64,000 nucleotides of DNA, taken from contig NC_057712.1 of NCBI RefSeq assembly GCF_004010195.1, positions 94,717,591 to 94,781,590 of the forward strand. The letters are read 5' to 3'. The stretch comes from Chiloscyllium plagiosum (Eukaryota). The translations under genes and the position numbers were made by a program. The notes beneath the pieces were generated by a model. The model was not told the DNA's origin. It worked only from the letters and a program-made list of their open reading frames with translations, and searched no databases. The first letter of the stretch is position 1. Each line of letters begins with the position of its first letter. Below, one piece after another: positions 1 to 12,219 of this stretch.

Positions 1-455
1 GGGTGGCAGCTGCACCAGCCGCATGGCTAATGGCGTCCGAGCAGTTCCAGAGGCTGGGGGAATCTTCTGGAATGTTTGAGGAGCGCTGGTTATGAGGTGG
101 GTGGATAAAAGTTTGTTGTACTTACAGTTTTTGATGTTTGAGATGGAGTTGAAATACTGTTTGTTGAGAGTATGGATTCTCCTGAGGATGTAGTACAGAG
201 TGGGTCCTTTGCAATTCTGAGAGAGTGTGGCCCTCAGCTGAGGCAGGGCTGACTGTAGAGAGGTTAGGTGCCGGCGCATTGCTGCAAGCGTGGAGCGGAG
301 GATCTTGAAGGAGAACTGTTGCTGGTGTTTTTGAATCTGTAGTCTGTACTGTTTGTCCTGTTCGGGTCTGAACTCTGCTGGTTTAAAGGTGGTCCGGAGT
401 CCGAACTCTGCTGGTTTAAAGGTGGTCCGGAGCTCTGCTGGTTTAAAGGTGGTGT
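1..455 (-). mobile_element. Penelope-like element, N-terminal ORF region (inverted relative to adjacent pLTR); runs off window edge
   Basis: Minus frame open from ~375 to the window start: EFRPEQDKQYRLQIQKHQQQFSFKILRSTLAAMRRHLTSLQSALPQLRATLSQNCKGPTLYYILRRIHTLNKQYFNSISNIKNCKYNKL. It resembles the N-terminus of vertebrate PLE ORFs and directly abuts a PLE 3' end in the opposite orientation. Confidence 0.65.
373..453. repeat. Three copies of 21-mer ctctgctggtttaaaggtggt
   Basis: Exact copies at 373-393, 406-426 and 433-453, followed by gacttgtccg x2 at 462-481. Confidence 0.95.
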
Positions 456-461
456 CCCCTT

Positions 462-735
462 GACTTGTCCGGACTTGTCCGACCTGCCTAGCTCCTTTTC
501 CACCTATCCACTCCACCCTCTCCTCCCTGACCTATCACCTTCATCCCCTCCCCCACTCACCTATTGTACTCTATGCTACTTTCTCCCCACCCCCACACTC
601 CTCTAGCTTATCGCTCCACGCTTCAGGCTCACTGCCTTTATTCCTGATGAAGGGCTTTTGCCCGAAACATCGATTTTGCAGCTCGTCGGATGCTGCCTGA
701 ACTGCTGTGCTCTTCCAGCACCACTCATCCAGAAT
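462..735 (+). mobile_element. Penelope-like element 3' end / pseudo-LTR
   Basis: C-rich tract followed by attcctgatgaagggcttttgcccgaaacatcgatt...ggatgctgcctgaactgctgtgctcttccagcacc, the same module seen repeatedly in this window. Confidence 0.85.
640..675 (+). ncRNA. Minimal hammerhead ribozyme motif (degenerate, AUC triplet)
   Basis: AUUC-CUGAUGA(644-650)-A-GGGC UUUU GCCC-GAAAC-AUC-GAUU. G16.2>A is consistent with CpG decay. Confidence 0.7.
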
Positions 736-839
736 CTGCTGAACCCTTCCCCACTTCTACTATGTCCAAAATTTTCCGTGCAACAGAATCCACACTCCCA
801 CTATTTAGTTTAAATATTTGGACAAAGATTCCACTCATC

Positions 840-1145
840 CAGCTACTGTGGTATGATCTGGATTGCTGTTATTATTTCATTGTTCTTATAGTGTTTGAGT
901 GAAAAGTAAGTAGCCATAGTCATTGCTTCTCTAATTACTTTCCAATCTGTAAATGATTTCTTGTGTTTTTCCAGAAGATGGCAAACTCAGAATGATGTTT
1001 CAATGCAAGTCTTGGCTTTGGCTGCTTGTTTAGAAATAAATGACCATTGAGCTTTCTGAACAGCCTTCGGCTCATCAACTTTCTTTGTATGACGGAAAAT
1101 GATCCTCGAATTTCCTGCGCATTGCTGCGTGGTGGTGTTACAAAT
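840..1145 (-). pseudogene. hAT (Charlie/SPIN, GTF2IRD2/ZBED5-like) transposase relic
   Basis: Minus translation KAQWSFISKQAAKAKTCIETSF*VCHLLEKHKKSFTDWKVIREAM...NNEIITAIQIIP matches the hAT-Charlie motif SF.VS.LLAK.KKPFTDGE.IKE. It contains stops and a frameshift. Confidence 0.7.
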
Positions 1146-1769
1146 TCCTGATATACTTTGGTGGCAAAGTCAAAATGCTTTTATCTTTCTCTTCTGAATC
1201 TTCCTCCCAGGTTACATAGACATTTTCATCATTGTTACCTTGAGGTATTTAAGCAATGATCCCAAACTGATCACCAGGTCACATGTTTGTTGAACTAAAC
1301 ACTGATAGCTCATGGTTCAGATGGAATGCTGCTAATAATCTTCCTTTTTATATTGTGTCTAAAGGTATACATAGTTAACAGTAGTAGAGGGTAAACCATG
1401 ACTGAGTGTCAATAAAGAAGGGTTTTGTTTTAACAACAAGATATCCTATATTGCATGATAGCAATGGGCACAAATTATATTGGCTAGTTCAGCATCATTA
1501 CTAAGACTATCAGGACCTGAGGATGATATATCCAACCCCATCATGATATAGAGTTAGACTCCTGGATTCTCCATCCAATGCTTTATGACATAATTGAATT
1601 GGATGAAACTTTATGGAACTTGAGGCAATCTCCAAAATTAACCCTTTCACACCTTTTAAAACAACACCTGAGTAATATTCATGTCAATGGTCAAATAGAT
1701 GCCATTATGTAATTATATTGTTACAGCTTGGTTTGTGTTTCAGCTAGTTGTTGATTAAAAGAACTCAGT

Positions 1770-2240
1770 ACTTTGCCAGGATGTTGCCAGACGGATTGTC
1801 TTTGCTGTTTTCAATGCCTTCAACTGTTTCTTGATATTAGATACAGTGAATCAAATTACAGAAATTCCCTTTACACAGATTTACAGCCTTTTTATTCCCT
1901 TTCAGATTTCTCTACCTTCGCATGTGATTCTGTTATCATAATTCATCTTCATCAACATTTATTAACACTAACCCTATTACTCTACAATTACCACATCCTT
2001 TTTGCCTTACATCCTCGTACTTTTCTCATTTAATCATTTTGTTCTTTTCACCTATTACAGACTTTCCTTTTTGTTCTCTAGCCCCTAATCTAACCTTTCT
2101 CTTCATCTGTACAACCATTTCATTTGGTATACATCTAACTTGATCTTCAGGAATCAGCTTGAAATTTAAGCTGTTTTACTTATTGTCACAGATGCTTCTG
2201 ATCTGTTGAGTATTCCCAGCAATTTTTCTTTTTATTTCAA
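1770..2240 (+). mobile_element. Old, degraded Penelope pLTR fragments
   Basis: acagatgcttctgatctgttgagtattcccagcaatttttctttttatttca (2188-2240) resembles the pLTR tail at 32926-32977 and is preceded by a pyrimidine-rich tract. Confidence 0.5.
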
Positions 2241-2439
2241 TAAACTATTCTTAAGGCTAAAATCAGACTAAGGACTGAAAGTAGACTGTTTAAACCTGTA
2301 GCTGCCTTATTCTGTGATCTATGCCACAAAGCACAAGTTTCTCCAAATTGCTCTCCTGGAGTGGATAAATCTCTGTGTATGAGCTTCTGTGATGACAGAG
2401 TAATGAACCATATTAATACAAAAGATATAAACTTTATAC

Positions 2440-3400
2440 TGGTGTTTATAAGAGTGGTCTCTGAGATTTGTGAAGAAAGAATTTAAGAGGATGTTAGGCT
2501 CATATTATCTTATCATAACCTTTCATAATCATGACAACCTTGATCAGGTTACCTATTAACTTCAGCTCTAGTGAAAAAAAGCTTTAAGTTCTCAACTCTC
2601 ACTTCGTAACTATAAATCCTCATTCTTTAGAATAACAGAATGAATCTACATTATGCCTTTCCATTGATTTTAACATCCTTCCTGTTACATGTAGTGTTCA
2701 AAACCATAGATAATGACACACTAACAGTCTAAATAAAGTATTGTACAGTTTAGTTTGTCATTGCTATTAAATTCCCTGTCTACAAATTCAAGAATTCCAA
2801 GTTTCTTCTTGCAAATGTATTCAGTCATGTAGGCAGCTTTAATACCTTCTTATTGCCACACCAAGTTTCAACCACTCAATTTCAAATCTTGACAAAATAA
2901 CTTTCCCCATCTTACTTCCAAAATGTATAATTCACATTTTTCCAGAGAGAACACCATTTGTCCTTTTGCCTATAGATCCCATCTGCCATGTCTCATAATC
3001 TTGCTTAATCATATGCCACACCCATAAGTGGATTGTGTCTCCAGCAAATTTCAACACAGTCCCATCATTTCTAAAAAATCAGTCATTTCAATAACATGAG
3101 CCACTACAAGAATTCCTGTCAACAAACTCATCACACTCCACCAGTCTGAGAAATTCTCTTTAACTCCTGCTATTTCTGCCTTCAGCCATCTCTGTGTCCA
3201 TGCAGCCCCATACCATTCAATAGTGTTACTCTTTTCATTGATATTTTATTTGTTACATTGTCAATTTTTTTCTAAAAATCTGTTTAGTCCAGTGTATCCA
3301 TTCCCTCATTACATTAAGGAATTTTAAACAATGGTCAGCTACTATCTACCTTTTTGAGCTTCATGCTGACTTACTCTAGAATTCCAGATATTTATGAATT
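2440..3400 (-). mobile_element. Highly degraded CR1 LINE (RT/3' part)
   Basis: Weak similarity to the CR1 copies at 36-37 kb and 44-45 kb (cttgatcaggttacct..., ttaacatccttcctg, tgtgtctccagcaaatttc). Confidence 0.5.
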
Positions 3401-4097
3401 TAATTCCAGAATCATTGCAGGAGGGGGTGGGTGTGTTTCTTCACCATCCTCGTACCACATCACCCCTGCACCCTCAAGAAAAATAAAATCTCTCTAAGAT
3501 ATGGGGTGTCTGTAAAGGGTTGACATTCTTTAAATCTTCCACTCCATCCAGTGAAGTGACCACCATGACAGGCTGAGGGCTGGAAATAGGATTACAACAG
3601 GGATCCCAACACAGAATTGGGGTGTGGAATCTTATAGGGATCTGAATGATGTGAGCTATGGAGAGATTCATGGCAGAATCAGATGAGAAGTCCTGAGAGG
3701 CCAATCTCAACATTCAGGGCATCTCACTCCAACTTCTATACTTTTCACAAGCAGTACGATAAGTTTTTTGCTAGGCAGCAGTCAGTCACCAATTAAGGGA
3801 GATAATAGCTCATTAAATACTTTGTATATAGTCAAACTTGCGTCATTAATACTCAACTTTCTGTCTTAGCCATCTAGCCAAATAGGCTAGATGTCAAGAA
3901 AACTTGCTATGGAAACCAAAACAAATTCAGCTCCTATGAAGCTTTATTTGGATACCGGGCATTAACATTAACATGCATCCCATGCCCATGGACACTTGCA
4001 TAAAATATGTGCTGCTCTCAAAGAATCTTATGGCACATCTCCAGTTCACTTACAGGTATTTCTGTGCTTCAATGCTGCATCTTTGTGGGGGGGGGAT

Positions 4098-4110
4098 CTA
4101 AGATGGCAGC
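4098..4110 (+). promoter_or_regulatory. YY1-like site at L1 5' end
   Basis: ctaagatggcagc right after the 5' G-run, the position where L1 elements carry their YY1 site. Confidence 0.5.
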
Positions 4111-4274
4111 GATCTGAGAAGATCGCACTGCAGAGCTTCACATGTCAGCAGGAGCGTGATGGTCCTTTAACCTGCCCAACCCAGGTCTTCGGGATTTCTT
4201 GGGACTCTGGAAAGATCGTGGAGTCCCAAGAAACATCTAAAAATTAACTTACCTTTATTCTCAGCCGTTCAGAG

Positions 4275-5079
4275 ATGCCAAAAAAAGGAGGAGGAGCATC
4301 CGAGGGAGGGTCAGCCTGCAGCAGCCTCGGAGCTGATTACTCTCCAGGACCTGGTGAACCAGCTCTCGAAGACTCGTGAGATGCTGGGGAAACAGATTGA
4401 AGAGATGCTGGCTCCAGTCTATCTCATGCTGCAGAATCATGAGCAGCAGCTGGGAGACCTGGAGAAGAGGACGGATGAGGGGGAGCACAGGGTCACAGTG
4501 GTAGAAGCTGATGCCAGTTCATCCAAGGATGAGATCCAAGCTCTGAAGACGCAGGTCCATAATTTGCGTGACCAAGTGGATGATCTTGAAAACAGGAACA
4601 GGAGAAAAACATTCGAATCATTGGTCTGCCTGAGGGTAAGGAAGGTGAGCGGCCTGCGGAATATATTGAGGATTGGCTGCCAAAATTCCTTGACTTTGGG
4701 GCTGGCTTGAGAGGATTGAAGATAGCGAGGGCTCACTGGGTTGCAGTGTGGAGACCGGGTCTGGGTCAACGTCCTCGACCTCTTCTGGTACTGTTCCATC
4801 ACTACCGGGATAAGGAGAGTCATGGAGGCTTCCAGAGTCCAGGGGAAGGATCCGAAGGCCCTAATTTATGAGGCCTCTAAGATCATGTTCTTTCAGGGCT
4901 TCTCAGTGGCGGTGATCCAGAAACAAAAAGCTTACGACGGTGTCAAGAGGAGACTGAGGGAGCTTGGGATTCAGTACTCCCTGAGATATCCAGCAGTGCA
5001 TCGGATCACCTTGGATGGATACATACATCTCTTTGACCCATCGGAGAAGGCAAGAGACTTTGTGGACAAACTAACCTAA
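4275..5079 (+). pseudogene. L1 ORF1p (coiled coil, RRM, CTD), frameshifted
   Basis: ATG at 4275; coiled coil ...LRDQVDDLENRNRR; C-terminal LRELGIQYSLRYPA. Confidence 0.9.
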
Positions 5080-5685
5080 TTTGAACAATTGTAGTATGTA
5101 TAAATAGTGATATTGGGTATGTCTTTATCATTCTGTAAAAGAAATGGAGGAAATCCAGTTGGAACTTTATTTTTCTTCTTTTTCCTCTATTGATAATAAT
5201 TTGATTTAAACTATGTCTGGTGGTGGTTAAGATGTACATTTTCAATTTCTAAGTTAGGATATACCAAGGGAGGGGTGGGGTATTTAGTTCCCCTTTTTTT
5301 TATATATAAAATAATTTTTTTTATTCGTATCGATATTCTATGGGGTGTTTATTCTTTTCAGCTTGTGTTTGCAGTGCGGCTCGAGCTGGGAGAAGTGAAG
5401 GTCATTGGGATTTTTAGATGCCTACTTATGGGCAGTTTGAGATGGGTAGTTGCCCCCTCTGGGCAAGGGGTGAGTTCCCTAATGCAGCACTATTGGCGCT
5501 TTATATGTTGGTTTGATTTTTGTTTTTTGTTGTTTTTTTTATTTTTGATAATTTTGTAGGTTTGTTAAATGTAGTTGTTTTAGTTTATGTAGTTTTTATA
5601 TTTGGTGGATCATGTGACGCTAAGGCTCAGCAGTTTGTGGTTTGAGTTCCTCCTCTCTGGAATTTAAATGTAATTGCAGAAGATT

Positions 5686-8600
5686 ATGGACAATGATTTG
5701 ATTAAATGGTGTACCTGGAATATCAAGGGAAGTCACTGACCAATTAAGAGGAAGAAGGTACTTTTGAGTCTTAGAAAGGAGAAGGTGGATATTGCTTTGT
5801 TACAGGAGACACATTTGGATGACAAGGAGCGTCTGAAATTACAGCAGAATGGCTTTGACCGAGTTTATTTTTTGTCATTTAATACCAGAAGTAGAGGAGT
5901 GGCTATATTGGTTAGGAAAAATCTCCCATTTAAATTGTTGGAATGTGTTAAAGACATATCTGGGAGGTTTGTAATTCTTAAAGCCTTAATAAATGGGGAA
6001 GAATACAGTGTTTTAAATGTTTATTGTCCCCCAGCTCATTCTCTTAAATTTTTGATCGAGGCTTTTTCTAAACTGATACGTCTCGAGTCCCGGCTCATCA
6101 TTATAGGGGGAGATTTTAACTGTCTCATGGATCTCACAGTAGACAGGTTGCCCAAAGGTCCTCAATACTCTTTGTATAAACTAAACAGTTAGTGGGTCTG
6201 TGTGGGGAATTAGGGTTGGTGTACGTCTGGAGGCGTCTCCGCCCGACAGGTAGGGATTTCACATTTTTCTCAAATCCGCATAGATGTCGCATGAGCATTG
6301 ATTTTTTTCTGACCCCTACAGTAACCCTGGATTTGGTGGCATCTTGTACGATCGGTAACATTACTCTCTCTGATCATGCTCCAGTGTACCTTATGGTCAA
6401 GACTAAGGACGTTACGGTGGGTTCAAGGTACTGGCGAATGGATCCCTTCCCTCATGGATAGTAAGTTTGTGGAGTATTTCTCTACGGAATTTCGGGCATT
6501 CCTAGGCATTAACATAGGCTCGGTTGATAGCTCATCCATTCTCTGGGAAACTGCCAAAGCCTATGCTAGGAGGTTAGCTATTTCGTATTCCACCAGTAGG
6601 AAGCAGCAGAAGGGTGAGCAACAATGTCTCCTTGAAGCACGGTTGAAGGCAGCCGCGAAGACCTATTTTGACAGACCCTCGTTGGTCAAACTACAGAGGA
6701 TTACAGCACTGCGGTTCTGCACTAAATTCCATGCTCACGCAGATGGCAAAGAAGGAGCTGGCGTTTGCAAAGCAAAGGTTATACGAGCATGGTGACAAGC
6801 CAGGCAAATACTTAGCATACCTTGCCAGAAAGAGGAGTGCCCACAGACCATTACAGCGATTAGGGAGGGGTCTGGGAACCTAACATATGATTCTAAAAAG
6901 ATTAATGTGGCGTTCCAGAGATTTTACTCTAAGTTATACCAATCTAAGGATTGTGAGGAGGAGCAGGCCAAAATGGAATCCTTTTTTAGAGATCTGATGT
7001 TCCCGGGTGTGACTCCCGAACAACAGTCTTTTCTCAATGCCCCATTATCAGAGCAAGAAGTGCAGGAAGCTGTGAGGCAGCTTCAGAGTGGAAAGGCACC
7101 CAGTCCTGATGACCTCCCAGTGAATTCTATAAGGAATTTATAAGTATACTGTCAGGCCTGATGCTGACTATATTTAATGATTCATACAGTCATGTTTGTC
7201 TCCCACCATCTCTGAGAGAGGCCAATATTTCTGTTATCCTTAAAAAAGGGAAGGACCCGGAAGACTGTGCTTCATACAGGCTCATCTCGGTCTTAAATGT
7301 GGACTTTAAGATCCTCTCTAAGGCTCTTGCATTAAGGCTGGAGACTGTGATACCCTCTATTATTAAAGAGGATCAGACAGGCTTCCTAAAGGGTCGCAGA
7401 TCCTCCAATAATGTTAGGAGGCTGCTTAACGTAATTCAAGCAGTTAATACAGGGATTGGTGATTTCTTTAGCTGCAGAGAAGGCATTTGACCATGGTGAG
7501 TGGCCGTACCTTTTCTATACTCTAGAACGGTTTGGTTTGGGTGAAGTCTTCATAAGATGGGTAAAAGTTCTCTACGGTGTACCTCTCACAGCGTTCATTA
7601 CCAACAGGGTACGATCAAGCAATTTTAATATTTTTAGGGACAGCCGGCAGGGCTGTCCCCTTTCACCATTACTTTTTAGGTTGGTGATTAAACCATTGGC
7701 GGAGGCAATTCGTGGGGATCCCACTATATCACCTCCAGAAGTGGGGTCAAAATTACATAAGATCTCGTTGTACGCAGACGATGTCCTAATTTTTTTGACA
7801 AATCCAGCAGTTTCAGTGCCTCACTAATACAATGCATTTACATGTTTGGCACTTTTTCAGGGTATAAGATTAATTTTGCTAAATCAGAGGCTATGCCTAT
7901 GGGTGGTCTTACGAAGGAGCTGGCTCTTGAGGGCGACTATAGATTCCCACTTAGGTGGTCACAGCGGGGTTTTGTGTATTTGGGCATGTTCATCACTCCA
8001 GTTCTGGATTGGCTGTTTAAAAGCCAATTTTATTCAATTATTTGGAAAAATTAAACAAGATCTTCAAAGATGGGAGACATTTCCGGTCTTGTGGTTTCGT
8101 CGGATAGTGCTAATTAAGATGAATATTCTCCCTTGTCTGCTATACCCTATATGGATGCTCCCCCTGATTTTTCAATAAATAAACACTCAGGAAACTGAAT
8201 AGTATTGTAAGCGGCCCTCATTAAATTAACCAAACTGCACAGATTAGGGGGAGTGGACCTTCCAGACATTAAAAATGACCAACTAAGCTCACTTTTTGTC
8301 CTACGTGAGTGACTGGGTTTGTGGTGATCCTCTTTCAATATGATTAGATTTCGAAGCCTCCCAAGCAAGGTGCTCCCTTACCAGTTTGCTGTTTTTGGCT
8401 AATGTGAGGACAGTTAGGGAATATTGCCATAACACAATAGTCATCAATACTGAAAAAGCATGGAGGACAATTCGGCAGAGGGCAGCAATACTGGCAAAAC
8501 ATCTTTGTTTACCCCTTTAGTGATATGCTGGGTTTTCAACCGGATATGATAAATTCAGGATTTAAATGTTGGGCACCTAGTGGTGTGTCTTACCTGGGCG

Positions 8601-9444
8601 ATCTATTTGAGGGAGACGTAATGATGTCCTTCAATCAGTTAGTACAGAAGTACGGTTATCTAATAGAGACCTCTTTCGTTTTTTCAAGTTAGGGATTTTA
8701 TTCAAAAAAAAGATCACACTTTTGACTGATCCCTGCAAATTTAACATAGAGAGGGGCGTGCTAAGGGCTAAGAGTACACTCTCTGTCAGTACTTTATATC
8801 ATCAGTTGGGGGGTGCCACCTCAGATGAGTCTGATTGACTCTGCAAGATGTGGGAAAGAGAGCTGGGTGTTGAAGTTTCCTCAGAAGTATGGGAGGATAT
8901 TTGGGAGAATGCAAGGAAGATATCAGTTTGTAATAGGACCCATGCTTTACTGTTGAAGATTCTCCACAAGGTCCACTTAGCCCCAGACCATTTGTCAAAA
9001 TTTAAACCAGGGGTATCTTCAGCATGTCCCAAGTGCAAGGTCTGCACGGGTACTCTTACCCATTGTCTTTGGTCTTGTGACAGGCTTCAAACATATTGGA
9101 GCGCTGTGGCGGGTGCAATGGAGAGCATTTTGGGTGTAAGGGTGGAGAAGGACCCTATCTCTCTCCTTTTGGGCCTACCCAATGTTTTTCCTACAGACGT
9201 GCATAAGAAAAAACTTTTCAATATTCTCACGTTCTGTGCAAGAAAGAATATCTTGTTCGGTTGGATATCCGAAATCCCTCCGGGCCTGTCGGGTTGGTGG
9301 AAGATTGTTATGGAGCATATTCCCCTGGAGTTTCTCACAAACATGATACACCACGAAACTGACAATTTTTACAAGACATGGCAGCCCTTTTTGGAATACC
9401 TGGAGACAAAGTTATCTGCCACACTAATGAGGGCTTTTATATAG
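5686..9444 (+). pseudogene. L1 ORF2p (endonuclease, reverse transcriptase), multiple frameshifts/stops
   Basis: TWNIKG, LQETH, GGDFN, SDHAP (APE); RQGCPLSPLLF, LYADD (RT); CPKC..GTLTHCLWSC (Cys-rich). Confidence 0.95.
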
Positions 9445-9779
9445 CCGTAATGATTGTGTTTCGCGAGTCCAATATCCAGCAGGGAGGAAATGTGAATGTA
9501 TGAGTGTTTCATTTGGCTGGACTGAGTTATTACTATTTATTAGTTTGTTGTTGGTTATTTATTTAGTTAGTTAAATAGCTAGTTTAGGTATTTTTTTAAT
9601 TTTATATTTTTCCATATATATTTATACATTTGTAGAGGAGGGTGGGTTGGGGATTCTTTTTATTATTTGGGTTTATTTTTTTACTGTTTTGAATTGCATT
9701 GTTTTGTACCTGTTGTAATATTAAAAAGTCTATTTTTTCTCAATAAAAATATATTATTTTAAAAAAGCTGCACCTTGGG

Positions 9780-11000
9780 CTACACTGGTAGCTATCATTG
9801 TCATACTGCAGCAATGGCACTGTGCGCTAAGGAATACGCACCCAACTCATGGACTGGACCAGGCTGCATTTCTGGGTTCTTTGCTGTCATAGTGCTCACT
9901 CAGTTGAGTGGAACTGGATGCTCACAGCACCTGGTTTTGCCTTTCTGTGCATTGCCCCTCAGCCAGAACTACCGGAATCATATTATTTCTGGCTTGTCCT
10001 GCTGTCCTGTGCAGACATAGAGCCAGGAGGATTGTCATGGCTGTCAGCAGGTCACAGTCAAGTCAGAGGAGCTAGCCATCATTCCGGGGTCCTGGCACAG
10101 TAAGTCAAGGATAGCCTTTGATATTATCCAGAGACTTGGTCAGCCATTGGGTGGTCAGAGTCATGATTCTCTCCACATAAAGGGTGAGGAGCCAAATTCC
10201 AGACAGTCCTCCAATCAGCGTAACTTTTTCTGCCTTACTGAAAGATATTATCTTCTAGAATAAGAGAGTGACCGATATTAAGGGAGATGAAAGTAGGTGG
10301 CACAAGTGCAAGTGCAGAAGTGACCTGAGCTAATGTGTAGGCAGGATTAGTTTTGTTGTGGCTTGGGGTGGTGGAGAGTGAGTGAAGGAAGAGTTGAAGA
10401 TTGTGGTAAAGTATGTGCCTTGGTGTGAGGTGGATACTGTAGGAGAAATACAATGAGTGTCAGGTATCAGAGAGATGATGGTGGCAATTGCACTAGCAGG
10501 GAATTTCACTTTTTCTTCAGAGCTTGGCATTCCTCCTGAACTGCACTAACCTGGTTGGCAACTTCAGATCAGTGGTGTTGTGGACTCAACTGTTAGTTCT
10601 GGGCAAACAGGAAATCCTACCTCTGCACCACTGTGTCCAGCAGGAACTCCAGGTCCCTGCTAACAAAGCAAGGCACCGATTTCTTCCTGTCTGCTATGTC
10701 TGGGGCAAATTCCAGGAACTGTGCAGGACAGCTTTGAATGGACAGAGCTTCTCCTGGTGCACAGCAAGTATCAGTGCAAAGGATACCAATTAATTCCGGG
10801 GCATCTGTTGAGTGGCATGTTGGTCTGGGAATGTTGAGTATGGGAATGATGGGGCTGGAATCAGAGATTAGAGATGCCACCTGAGTGGAACAGGTAGTTA
10901 ATGAGTTGCATTTTGTTAAATAATGGTGAAAAGATTTGCCAGGCCTTGCTGCAGAAAACCCTCGAAAAACATTGACAAAACTCAAAATTAGCCTAAAGAA
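9780..11000 (-). mobile_element. PIF/Harbinger relic with two-exon Myb/SANT-like gene remnant
   Basis: Minus: KKSVPCFVSRDLEFLLDTVVQR...SEVANQVSAV (NAIF1/MSANTD-like) at ~10530-10690, and LLTLYVERIMTLT at ~10153-10190, homologous to 34932-34967. Confidence 0.6.
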
Positions 11001-11701
11001 TGTAAGATTCAGACCATAATATTAAACATTAATGGCTGAGTAATCAGTGTACAAAATGCCATTGGTCTCATCTTCTGAATATCTACCATTATGGTTTGTT
11101 TTACAGTATGAAGCATACTATAGCTAGTATATATCATATAAACATATTCATGTTAAATTTGTCCTCTCATCGTCTGTCCATGAGAAAGCTTTTCAAAGTT
11201 GACTTGAGGAAAATTGCCTTGCACTATAAAGTCAGAATAAAGCAAACTAGCAGTGTTCTGACCAATTTACAGAGGAAACTTAATATTAATGGAATTGATT
11301 GATGATGTGAATTCCAAATTGACCGAGTCTTTCCTGTTCCACAATATGAGAGTAAGTGGCAACCAGCTGCAGAAATTGATTTTTTTCCATGTTTTAATAA
11401 CTGTCTATGCTAAATTGGATGTTTATGTAACCAAAGATGTTTTATATCACGAAAGGCCTAATTTGAATGAAAAGAGTTCAGCTGAGTATTTCGCTTGATT
11501 TCTCACTGGGTTACATGTTGGATATTGGACATGTTTATGTTTTACTGTCTTTTAAATTAGGTGCAGCAAATTTATGTGCAGCACCTCTCCCAGTCTAAAT
11601 TTACAATATACTGGCTCAACAGCTAATGGTGCCCATTATAGGAGTGTGAGCATTAGTATTCCTGCATATACTGTTCATAATTCATTTTCAACAATACTTA
11701 T

Positions 11702-11932
11702 TGAAATAACTCTATGAAGACCAGTATCCCATTACCAAGTCACCCTTTATTTAGATTTGCATAGTAAATGACACTGACCCAGCTAATACAGAGCCAGCTC
11801 CGGACCAGAACCCCTGACACTCCTGTTTATATCTGTCAGCCAGGGCTCCCTGATTAGACCAGATTTACAGCCCCAATCAGGAAACTCATATTCTATGATA
11901 TCCACTTGGCTAACATCATTCCAATCATTACA
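11702..11932 (-). mobile_element. Solo LTR (same family as 19119-20174)
   Basis: Reverse complement reads tgtaatgattgg...aataaagggtgacttggtaatgggatactggtcttcatagagttatttca. It has TG...CA ends and is collinear with the LTRs at 19119 and 19916. Confidence 0.85.
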
Positions 11933-12219
11933 TCTATCATAAATGAAAATTTTTGCTATCATTATCACTACCTTTGACACATCCCGCCTTGACATCCTCA
12001 GAGCTATGTCCATTGAAAAACTCTTACTTGGATGTTAATGAGCTCTCCCATAATGACAGGTGTACTATTATTGCGACAAACTGAAGTTCAAATACGATCT
12101 GATCTCACAAGATGACAAGGTTACTAGGGCATTACTCTCAGCTCCTGATTGCAATGCAAACAGGGTCCCTGATTTAATTTAAATTAGGGCTACAATAAAT
12201 TCTGTAGGCAGCATCAACA

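Larger units (their letters stand above)
4086..9766 (+). mobile_element. Full-length, decayed L1-clade LINE with TSD
   Basis: Starts with a G-run and aagatggc, then ORF1, a ~600-bp T-rich spacer, ORF2 (APE-RT-Cys), a T-rich 3' UTR, AATAAA at ~9742 and a short A tail. Diverged TSD: aatgctgcatctttg (4071-4085) / aaagctgcaccttgg (9764-9778). Confidence 0.93.

Noticed and set aside
373-453. Three direct repeats resembling a mini CRISPR array
   Set aside because: Spacers are only 12 and 6 nt and related to each other, the context is eukaryotic, and there are no cas genes.
264-503. ORF with repeated GPPLNQQSS peptide
   Set aside because: Off-frame reading of the triplicated 21-mer at the Penelope inversion junction.
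11289-11360. Possible host exon ending at gtaagt (11352)
   Set aside because: No good acceptor, no recognisable protein similarity and no partner exons.
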